Positions 25,536 to 32,000 of a stretch of DNA of 32,000 nt are shown in pieces. The notes beneath the pieces are model-generated. The model was not told where the DNA came from, did not search any database, and was given only the letters and a program-made list of their open reading frames with translations. Location of the stretch: NCBI GenBank assembly GCA_910575155.1, contig CAJTDX010000025.1, forward strand, positions 2,111 through 34,110, in the 5' to 3' direction. Source of the DNA: Lachnospiraceae bacterium (GTDB lineage Bacteria > Bacillota > Clostridia > Lachnospirales > Lachnospiraceae). The position numbers and the translations under genes were made by a program. Position 1 is the first letter of the stretch, and every line of letters begins with the position of its first letter.

Positions 25536-27362
25536 ATGGCTGATATAAAAACCAGAGATGCGGTCAAAGGCACGATTAAAACTTTAGACAAAGCCGCCAT
25601 AGCAGGCAGACGCATGAAATCCGCTTACGCTAAGACAAAGGACAAGGCGGAGCAGGGGTATTATGCAGAGGAAAATTCCCCCACGGAATATGCCGCCGAC
25701 AAAGTTTCCCATGCTTCGGGGCGTATCAGGGACGAGGGCATCCACCAGTTTAATAAGCAGGGGCAGAAAAACGCCGAAGCCACAAGGGAGAATATCGGTA
25801 AGGCAAAGGATAAAATCGCCGATTTTAAGGCGAAGCGGGCAAAAAAAGCCGCAGAGCAGAAAATAATATGGAACAAGGCAGGACAAAACGCCATGCGTAC
25901 AATGGGACAGGACGGCTTGCAGGAAATACAAGGGACTGCAAGCCGCCCCGCTGTTTCTGCTACTCATGCTGCTTCTGCCAAGACCGAAACGCCCCAGACG
26001 GCGGCAAACTCATTGATAAAGACCAGACAGCAGGGAAAGCGGACGATAAAGACAACCGCCAGAAATGCAGAAAAAACCGTCAAGACCACAGCCAAAGGCA
26101 CAGTCAAGGCGACGGAAAAAGGCGTGAAAAACGCAAAGGCGACATCCAAGACGGCGATTAAGACCACAGAGCAGACCGCAAAGGCGGCACAGAAAACGGC
26201 AAAAGCATCTGCCAAAGCCGCCCAGAAAACAGCACAGACGGCGAAAGCCACGGCAAAGGCGACAGCCGAAGCAACGAAAGCGACGGTCAGAGCCACCATT
26301 GCGGCGGTCAAGGCGATTATCGCAGGGACTAAGGCGTTGGTTTCCGCCCTTATCGCAGGCGGTTGGGTTGCCATTGTGATAATCCTTATCGTTGTCCTGC
26401 TTGGGTGTGCCGTTTCCCTGTTCGGGGGAGGCAGCGAAAGCACTTCCTATACCCCTGTCAGTGCGGAGGTGGAAGCCTATACGCCGCTGATACAGAAGTA
26501 TGCGAAGCAGTACGGCATCCCCGAATATGTGGAACTGATAAAAGCGGTGATGATGCAGGAATCTGGGGGAAAAGGCAGCGACCCGATGCAGGCTGCGGAG
26601 GGGAGCTTTAATAAAAAGTATCCACATGAGCCGAACGGCATCAAAGACCCAGAATATTCCATTGAGTGTGGTGTGCAGGAATTAAAAGCAGCCCTCACAT
26701 CAGCCGAAGTGGAAAGCCCGATTGACATGGAGCGTATCAAGCTCGCCCTGCAGGGATACAACTTCGGCAACGGGTATATCTCATGGGCAAAGACCAACTA
26801 CGGCGGCTATTCCTATGCAAATGCGGTGGAGTTTTCCGCTATGCAGGCACAGCGGCTCGGTTGGGAGAAGTACGGCGACACGCAGTACCCCGCCCATGTG
26901 TTACGATACTACCCATACGGGCGGGCGTTCACGAGCGGCGGCAATCAAGCCATTGTGGAAGTGGCTCTGACACAGCTCGGCAACGAGGGCGGTCAGACTT
27001 ATTGGAGCTGGTACGGCTTTGAGGGGCGTGTGGAATGGTGTGCATGTTTCGCATCGTGGTGTGCCGACCAGTGTGGCTATCTGGAAAGCAGCATCATCCC
27101 GAAATTTTCCCTCTGCTCGGACGGCGTGAACTGGTTCAAGGGCAAAGGACAATGGCAGGATAAGAACTATGAGCCGCAGGCAGGCGACCTCATTTTCTTT
27201 GATTGGGGGAGCAACGGCTCAATCGACCATGTGGGCATTGTAGAAAAATGCGAGAATGGGACGGTCTACACCGTGGAGGGCAACTCTGGGGATGCCTGCA
27301 AACAGCAGAGCTATCCAGTCGGAAGCAACTCAATATACGGCTACGGATGTCCAAACTATTAA
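25536..27362 (+). CDS. bifunctional cell-wall hydrolase (lysozyme/SLT-like + CHAP/NlpC-P60) of the T4SS
   Basis: 608 aa. Ala/Lys/Thr-rich region, TM helix (WVAIVIILIVVLLGCAV), MMQESGG lytic-transglycosylase-like Glu. C-terminal WCACFASW Cys and IDHVGIV His are typical of CHAP. Confidence 0.85.
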   Translation: MADIKTRDAVKGTIKTLDKAAIAGRRMKSAYAKTKDKAEQGYYAEENSPTEYAADKVSHASGRIRDEGIHQFNKQGQKNAEATRENIGKAKDKIADFKAKRAKKAAEQKIIWNKAGQNAMRTMGQDGLQEIQGTASRPAVSATHAASAKTETPQTAANSLIKTRQQGKRTIKTTARNAEKTVKTTAKGTVKATEKGVKNAKATSKTAIKTTEQTAKAAQKTAKASAKAAQKTAQTAKATAKATAEATKATVRATIAAVKAIIAGTKALVSALIAGGWVAIVIILIVVLLGCAVSLFGGGSESTSYTPVSAEVEAYTPLIQKYAKQYGIPEYVELIKAVMMQESGGKGSDPMQAAEGSFNKKYPHEPNGIKDPEYSIECGVQELKAALTSAEVESPIDMERIKLALQGYNFGNGYISWAKTNYGGYSYANAVEFSAMQAQRLGWEKYGDTQYPAHVLRYYPYGRAFTSGGNQAIVEVALTQLGNEGGQTYWSWYGFEGRVEWCACFASWCADQCGYLESSIIPKFSLCSDGVNWFKGKGQWQDKNYEPQAGDLIFFDWGSNGSIDHVGIVEKCENGTVYTVEGNSGDACKQQSYPVGSNSIYGYGCPNY

Positions 27363-27382
27363 TTCAACAGGGTAAAAGGAAA

Positions 27383-27410
27383 CCAGAGGTCAATCCTCTG
27401 GCTGCTCTTT
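27383..27410 (+). terminator. probable intrinsic terminator ending the transfer operon
   Basis: Stem ccagagg (27383-27389) / cctctgg (27395-27401) with a 5-nt loop. A TCTTTT tract follows 4 nt downstream. Confidence 0.5.
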
Positions 27411-27776
27411 TGCCTTACATATCTCCTGCGCCGTCCCTGCTATGATAGTCAGTTCCGCCTCATCAAAAAAGCATCCAATTGACTGCGTAAGATTATTTTT
27501 CTTGCCAAAGTTCATGCGATATAATGTTGTAGTGAACATTTACGGTTGCAGACTTGTTATAGTTCTTATTGATGGATATAATATTATGGTATGTTGGGCA
27601 GTCAGATATATTTGAATATATGGCAGCACAGGAAAGCGAAAAAATAGAACGTATCACTTCGGTGGGTACGGCGGATATCTAAAAAAATCAGATTGAGGGC
27701 GCAATAAACATCTATCGGATATGGCTCATTCTGAAAGATGCACAAAAGCCTGTTGATAATCGAAAAAAAGTAGGAA

Positions 27777-27809
27777 CTTGACCACTTTTTGACTTTTAAG
27801 CTTTATAAT
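27777..27809 (+). promoter_or_regulatory. activator-type promoter: TTGACC-N5-TTGACT direct repeats plus TATAAT (motif copy 1)
   Basis: cttgaccactttttgacttttaagctttataat. The repeats start 11 bp apart and the proximal one ends 9 nt before TATAAT (27804-27809). RBS AGGAGG and the ATG at 27834 follow. Confidence 0.5.
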
Positions 27810-27833
27810 ATTTTAAATTAGGAGGTTTTTACT

Positions 27834-28508
27834 ATGGCGTATAAGATACTCATTGTTGATGATGAAAAAATGCTGACTGAATTATTATCAAGCCACTTGC
27901 AGGATTGTGGATATGAGACTTTTGCAGCGGAAGATGCGGAGCAGGCAATATCAATGCTGAATATATATCCAGATTTAATTTTGCTTGACATCAACATGCC
28001 CGAAATGGACGGATTGGAGCTATGCAAGATTATCCGTAATAATGTCACCTGCCCTATTTTGTTTTTGACAGCTCGGATTACAGAACAGGACAAGGTAAAC
28101 GGTTTGCAGGTCGGCGGCGATGACTACATAACCAAGCCTTTTAGTTTACAAGAATTGACCGCAAGGGTGGCGGCTCACCTGCGGAGGGACGAGAGAAGCA
28201 AGCGTACTCCTAAAATCGTATCTTCACAAGGCTTAATTGTAAATCTTGCTGAACGCAAAATTTTTTATGGAGAAAGGTCGCTGAACTTATCAAATCGTGA
28301 ATTTGATATTGTCGAGTTTCTGATGAGTAACGCTAACCAGATATTTGATAAAGAACGGATATACGAAGCCGTATGGGGCTTTAATGCTGAGGGCGACAGC
28401 AATGTTATTAAAGAGCATATCCGAAAAATCAGAAATAAACTGACTGAAGCTACGGGCAAAGAATATATAGAAACAGTTTGGGGGATGGGATATAGATGGA
28501 AAAAATGA
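27834..28508 (+). CDS. OmpR/PhoB-family response regulator
   Basis: 224 aa. Receiver domain (ILIVDDE...LILLDINMPEMDG...TAR...DDYITKPF) plus winged-helix output (REFDIVEFLM...ETVWGMGYRW). Confidence 0.9.
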   Translation: MAYKILIVDDEKMLTELLSSHLQDCGYETFAAEDAEQAISMLNIYPDLILLDINMPEMDGLELCKIIRNNVTCPILFLTARITEQDKVNGLQVGGDDYITKPFSLQELTARVAAHLRRDERSKRTPKIVSSQGLIVNLAERKIFYGERSLNLSNREFDIVEFLMSNANQIFDKERIYEAVWGFNAEGDSNVIKEHIRKIRNKLTEATGKEYIETVWGMGYRWKK

Positions 28509-29779
28509 AGAAAGTAAAATCCATTAAAAGTGCATTTATCTGGACGGTTGCCATTACAATGACAATTGTTTTTACATCCTCTGCTTTTACAATTTATATC
28601 TGTTATCGTATGCAGAAGAATATCATCCCCGACTCACAGGAAATTTGGCTGCATACACAGACTATTATGGCAGATGGGACGGTATCTGAGGCAAAGCAAA
28701 GATTGATACTTGATGAACCTTCTAAAGTGTCTATGCTTGTCCCCGCTAAAGCGGAAGAAGAAAAGTTAGGGGATACAGAATTTACAATAGAGAGAATAGA
28801 ATCCAGCTTCTCCACACTCCGCCCAAAACAACAGTTACTATATAGAGCAATAAGCATTTCTATGGCAGGGCTTCCTTTTATCTATTCAGTTATAGGAATC
28901 ATGTTATGTGCATGGTGGTTTTATAGGAAAAAGCTATCGCCGCCAATTCAGATTCTTGCAGATGCAACAAAGCATATAAAGGGGCAAGACCTTGATTTTA
29001 CAGTTGCTTATAACAGTAACGATGAATTAGGCAGGCTCTGCACAGCTTTTGAAGAAATGCGGCAAGCTTTGTATGATAATAACCGACAGCTATGGAATAT
29101 GATTGAGCAGCGGAAAGTTTTACAGGCATCAGTGGCACATGACCTCAGAAATCCGATTGCGATTATAGAGGGCTATGTCGAATATATGCAGCAATGTTTT
29201 ACAAATGGAAGTCTGAATGATGAGAAATTGCAGCATACACTATCCAACCTTGCGATAACCTCAAAACGACTTGAGCGTTATACAGATTATATTCGTGATT
29301 TGAATACCATTGAAGAAACCGAAACAAAGTATTCTGTCGTTCAGTTACCAGATTTTTTGAAAAATGCTACAGAAAGCCTTTCACTTATTGTAGGACAGCA
29401 TAGCTTGGAGATTGAATATCATTCTACAGTATCCGAATGTCAAGTAAAATTAGATGAGCAAATATTTTACCGTATTGTTGAGAATATCTTTTCTAATGCC
29501 ATTCGGTATGCTAATAGCAAAGTGAGTTTCCTATACACATTTATTGATGATGCACTTACTATAACCATTACAGACGACGGCAAAGGATTTTCAAAGGCAA
29601 TGCTCCGCAATAAGAATACCTTTCTTTATTCTGAGGATAAAACGGGTGAACATATGGGACTGGGATTGGCTACAAGCCGTGTCCTTAGCCAGAAACACGG
29701 CGGATGTTTAGAACTTTCAAATGTTACTCCGAGTGGAGCTTCTGTAACAATTAAAATTGCAGTCCACAAAATGAGTTGA
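28496..29779 (+). CDS. sensor histidine kinase (2 TM, HAMP, HisKA, HATPase_c)
   Basis: 427 aa. TM1, a ~90-aa extracytoplasmic loop, TM2, a HAMP region (DELGRLCTAFEEM), H-box SVAHDLRNPIA, N-box ENIFSNAIRYA, and G-boxes DDGKGF / GLGLATS. Overlaps the RR stop by 13 nt. Confidence 0.9.
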   Translation: MEKMKKVKSIKSAFIWTVAITMTIVFTSSAFTIYICYRMQKNIIPDSQEIWLHTQTIMADGTVSEAKQRLILDEPSKVSMLVPAKAEEEKLGDTEFTIERIESSFSTLRPKQQLLYRAISISMAGLPFIYSVIGIMLCAWWFYRKKLSPPIQILADATKHIKGQDLDFTVAYNSNDELGRLCTAFEEMRQALYDNNRQLWNMIEQRKVLQASVAHDLRNPIAIIEGYVEYMQQCFTNGSLNDEKLQHTLSNLAITSKRLERYTDYIRDLNTIEETETKYSVVQLPDFLKNATESLSLIVGQHSLEIEYHSTVSECQVKLDEQIFYRIVENIFSNAIRYANSKVSFLYTFIDDALTITITDDGKGFSKAMLRNKNTFLYSEDKTGEHMGLGLATSRVLSQKHGGCLELSNVTPSGASVTIKIAVHKMS

Positions 29780-29883
29780 TATTTTTATTTCTGCGAGCAA
29801 TGAGTCAAGTGCCGTGCTTAAAGCCAACCAAGGAGGATTTGCATAAATCCAATGCAGCGTTTAACATTTCAACGGAGCGTTTC

Positions 29884-29911
29884 TTGAATATGGTGTTTCT
29901 TGTGATATTAT
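29884..29911 (+). promoter_or_regulatory. sigma-70-like promoter with extended -10
   Basis: TTGAAT (29884-29889), 16-nt spacer, TGaTATTAT (-10 at 29906-29911). The direct repeat GTTTCTTG at 29879-29886 and 29895-29902 overlaps it. Confidence 0.4.
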
Positions 29912-29926
29912 GAAATCGGAAAGAAG

Positions 29927-30376
29927 GTGAAAATATTGAACGTTCAAAAAACAGGCAGTCTGATTGCCGCTATCAGGAAAGAACAAAATCGCACGCAGCA
30001 GGATTTAGCGAATGAATTGGGAGTATCAAGTGCAGCTGTTTCAAAATGGGAACGGGGTATCGGATTTCCAGATGTATCTCTTATGGAACCATTAGCTGCA
30101 TCCCTGGGGATTTCCATAGCAGAATTATTCAAGGGTGAAAGAACAGAAAACAACGTTGATAACGAATATGAAAGTCTGTTGTCAGATGTTGTAAAAGTAT
30201 CAGCCAATGAAATAACCAGGAAGAAAAAAATAACGAATTGGATGATTGCTATTACTGTTGCTGTTCTTTATTTGATGATTTCTGTAATATCACACAAGTG
30301 GGAAATAACCTGGGTGGTCTGGATTGTATATTGTTTTTATCGGATTTTTACTGAATATATCTATAAAAAATATTAG
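29927..30376 (+). CDS. membrane-anchored XRE-family HTH regulator
   Basis: HTH is RTQQDLANELGVSSAAVSKWERG. C-terminal TM segments are WMIAITVAVLYLMISVI and WVVWIVYCFY. The start is either GTG 29927 or TTG 29936. Confidence 0.75.
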   Translation: MKILNVQKTGSLIAAIRKEQNRTQQDLANELGVSSAAVSKWERGIGFPDVSLMEPLAASLGISIAELFKGERTENNVDNEYESLLSDVVKVSANEITRKKKITNWMIAITVAVLYLMISVISHKWEITWVVWIVYCFYRIFTEYIYKKY

Positions 30377-30409
30377 CAATCTACAGAAACGTAAGAAACG
30401 GAGGAAAAA

Positions 30410-31138
30410 ATGGTCGATTATTCACAATTTGAGGCAAGTGTAAAATCCGGCATCCATGCAGATGTGAGCCGGATACGGCAAAAGGATGAAATAATAAAAG
30501 CCGTCGTCAAAAAGCGGAGAAGCTCCGCGATAATCTGCGTGTGCTTCCTATGTATGTCAGGAATTTCTTTGTTTAAAAGCTGGATTCCCGCCGTTATCTG
30601 TTTCCTTCTTGCATTGTTTTTCCTATGGCGGGCTGTCGGAAAATTTTCTGACGAGTATTTACGGGAAATGTACGAGGAGGGGCTTTTGGTTCCCGGCATG
30701 ATCGTGAAAACAGAACCCCTTACTATCATGGCAATCGCAAACATGACCGCGCGGGATGGTGCGGCAACCGTAAATGGGTGCTACTGTCTGGAGGTAAAGG
30801 AGCTTGACGGGGCGCAAAAAATTCTATTTGAAAAAATCCCCTGCTCCTGTTTTTTCTGCTATGAGGGCGGCGATTACCATTCTTCCTTCCAGCCCCATCC
30901 TCTCTATTGGGGAACGGCAGATCAACAGTCTGTTCAAGAAGCACTAAGACAGGTGGAGGAAGACAACAAAGAAAATACCAGAGATGAATGGGAAGTGCTC
31001 AAGGAGGTTGCGCGGCAGTTCCCTGATTTGGGAAACGGAAATTTGATTTTATTGGATGAAAATTACGTTCCCTTCGGGAAAAAGAACTACATGGACAGCA
31101 ACTATAAGCCCCTCAATGAGGAAGCTGACACCAAGTAA
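30410..31138 (+). CDS. two-TM membrane protein with Cys-containing C-terminal domain, unknown function
   Basis: 242 aa, RBS GGAGGAAAAAA. TM hairpin is AIICVCFLCMSGISLF / AVICFLLALFFLW. Confidence 0.6.
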   Translation: MVDYSQFEASVKSGIHADVSRIRQKDEIIKAVVKKRRSSAIICVCFLCMSGISLFKSWIPAVICFLLALFFLWRAVGKFSDEYLREMYEEGLLVPGMIVKTEPLTIMAIANMTARDGAATVNGCYCLEVKELDGAQKILFEKIPCSCFFCYEGGDYHSSFQPHPLYWGTADQQSVQEALRQVEEDNKENTRDEWEVLKEVARQFPDLGNGNLILLDENYVPFGKKNYMDSNYKPLNEEADTK

Positions 31139-31151
31139 TATGTTCCATTTA

Positions 31152-31177
31152 GGGAAACGCTGATGAAAGCGTTTCCC
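31152..31177 (+). other. perfect 10-bp hairpin downstream of the 30410-31138 gene (no T-run)
   Basis: gggaaacgct (31152-31161) / agcgtttccc (31168-31177) with a 6-nt loop. Confidence 0.4.
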
Positions 31178-31287
31178 TCGTCGCAAATTCGGGATTGATG
31201 GATGATATAAACCATATGAGGAATGCAAAAATGATGACGATTTGGTCTTGTATCTTTCAAAGAATTTGTGAGATGACAACTTCCCAT

Positions 31288-31315
31288 TTGACATATTGGA
31301 AAATCAAAATATGAT
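31288..31315 (+). promoter_or_regulatory. sigma-70-like promoter
   Basis: TTGACA (31288-31293), 16-nt spacer, TATGAT (31310-31315), 60 nt upstream of the 31376 start. Confidence 0.45.
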
Positions 31316-31375
31316 ACCTTTGCCTTAATCTTAATAAGGTGTACTGAGATTATTTATTTTACGGAGGAAACGTAG

Positions 31376-31807
31376 ATGGAACGAAAAAATAAAATTTTGA
31401 AAACAGTTTCAGTTGTTCTATTGTTATGCAGTTTTGCTGTACCAATGTATAATATTTTTCCTAATGGGCTGATAGTCAATCAGGATTCATGGTTTTTTAC
31501 TGAAACTTTTAAAATACTTTTTCAAGAGGGGATAGGAGCATTTAATTATCTTGGTGTTGTATTTCATCTGGCTGTATGGATTTCCGCTATCATACTGTGT
31601 ATCGGTTCTTTTGCACAGATGGACAAGATTGTTCGCTTTTCGGCAGGTATCGGCATTGTCCTTCTTTTGATAGGTCTTCTGCTTGCTGTTGTTTTGACGA
31701 ATGAAATAAAATTGATCCATCCGATTGTTGGGTACATTTGTATTGGATACTGGATTGACTTAATTTTGCTTGTAGTTTGCGCCGCCGTTTCTTCAAAAAA
31801 GCACTGA
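31376..31807 (+). CDS. integral membrane protein (about 4 TM), unknown function
   Basis: 143 aa, RBS GGAGGAAACG. Hydrophobic throughout. Confidence 0.65.
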   Translation: MERKNKILKTVSVVLLLCSFAVPMYNIFPNGLIVNQDSWFFTETFKILFQEGIGAFNYLGVVFHLAVWISAIILCIGSFAQMDKIVRFSAGIGIVLLLIGLLLAVVLTNEIKLIHPIVGYICIGYWIDLILLVVCAAVSSKKH

Positions 31808-31874
31808 AAATATTTAAAAATTCCCATTTATCGAGCAACATAAATACATAAAGAGTAAGACACATAAGACGTAG

Positions 31875-31915
31875 AACCAGCAGACTTGTGAGAAATCACA
31901 GTTTGTTGGTTTTTC
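31875..31915 (+). terminator. intrinsic terminator
   Basis: aaccagcagac (31875-31885) pairs with gtttgttggtt (31901-31911), using two G-U pairs in RNA. It also contains an inner tgtga/tcaca stem. A TTTTT run follows. Confidence 0.55.
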
Positions 31916-31933
31916 TTATGTAATTTTCTATTC

Positions 31934-31966
31934 CTTGACCGCATTTTGACATTTGGCTTTTATAAT
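31934..31966 (+). promoter_or_regulatory. activator-type promoter, motif copy 2, driving a gene that starts just beyond the window
   Basis: cttgaccgcattttgacatttggcttttataat is identical to copy 1 at 26/33 ungapped positions. AGGAGG lies at 31987-31992 and no start codon occurs before position 32000. Confidence 0.45.
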
Positions 31967-32000
31967 TGAAATACATCAAACATGACAGGAGGATAAACAA

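Larger units (their letters stand above)
6316..27410. mobile_element. integrative conjugative element (Firmicutes MOBP / VirD4 / VirB4 type), probably decayed; boundaries uncertain
   Basis: The span carries a contiguous relaxosome, coupling protein and T4SS gene set, plus serine recombinase and SNF2 helicase remnants. The backbone is much more GC-rich than the flanks. The left end could lie anywhere in 6132-7837. The accessory genes from 27411 to the window end may also belong to the element. No att repeats were identified. Confidence 0.55.

Noticed and set aside
25584-27152. Several minus- and alternate-frame ORFs inside the hydrolase gene (e.g. 26010-26627 at 205 aa, 25964-26443 at 159 aa)
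   Set aside because: They lie within a gene that has clear lysozyme and CHAP motifs in the sense frame. Their translations are low complexity (Cys/Arg/Phe- or Ala-rich).
27390-27539. 49-aa minus-strand ORF (MFTTTLYRMNFGKKNNLTQSIGCFFDEAELTIIAGTAQEICKAKEQPED)
   Set aside because: Neither ATG has a Shine-Dalgarno sequence, and I recognise no family. Its stop lies inside the terminator hairpin. It may be a gene remnant, but that is unsupported.
27572-27682. 36-aa plus-strand ORF (MDIILWYVGQSDIFEYMAAQESEKIERITSVGTADI) upstream of the two-component system, considered as a possible signalling-peptide gene
   Set aside because: It has no RBS and no leader or double-glycine type features. It is not distinguishable from a random ORF in AT-rich DNA.
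31049-31294. Minus-strand ORFs 31049-31294 and 31102-31287
   Set aside because: They span the 3' end of the 30410 gene, a hairpin and a promoter. They have no RBS.
31286-31300. Possible third copy of the TTGAC operator half-site (catttgacatattgg, similar to cattttgacatttgg in copy 2)
   Set aside because: Only a single half-site is present, with no partner 11 bp upstream. It sits at a normal 16-nt distance from TATGAT, so it is adequately explained as an ordinary -35 box.
1-32000. Scan for tRNA/rRNA genes, CRISPR repeat arrays, IS transposases and terminal inverted repeats, and att-type direct repeats flanking the whole element
   Set aside because: None was recognised by eye. In particular, no repeat was shared between 6132-6316 and 27363-27833. 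Detecting weak att sites needs a computational repeat search and comparison with an empty site.

Overview
32-kb window from a low-GC Gram-positive genome, Clostridia-type and probably a gut Firmicute. All calls come from reading the supplied translations and the DNA. Family names are recalled from memory, and no database search was possible. (1) 1-6.2 kb looks chromosomal. It holds a long minus-strand operon of redox / oxidative-nitrosative-stress type genes (DUF2249-CMD, two DUF1858 proteins, hemerythrin, cupin, ferredoxin) ending in a partial L-lactate dehydrogenase. It also holds a divergent Crp/Fnr regulator and a pdxK-TIGR04076-HD operon. (2) About 6.3-27.4 kb is a Firmicutes ICE-type mobile element. 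It starts with regulators, followed by a decayed stretch. There, the 3' piece of a small HTH gene is fused head-to-head to a large serine recombinase that lacks its catalytic N-terminus, and that recombinase runs directly into the last ~300 codons of a giant SNF2-type helicase. Next comes an AT-rich ~2.1-kb cargo island bracketed by a 9-bp direct repeat. A syntenic conjugation module follows: DUF3991/Toprim, DUF3789, MobC, MOBP-type relaxase, PcfB, ArdC-like, VirD4, Maff2, VirB6/TrbL-like, PrgI/VirB3-like, VirB4, DUF6075-like, sortase B, and a lysozyme+CHAP hydrolase. (3) 27.4-32 kb is AT-rich accessory DNA with an OmpR-type response regulator, a histidine kinase, a membrane-anchored XRE regulator and two unknown membrane proteins. 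A 33-bp promoter/operator motif with phased TTGAC direct repeats sits upstream of the response regulator and recurs at the right window edge. No rRNA, tRNA, CRISPR array or transposase gene was recognised.
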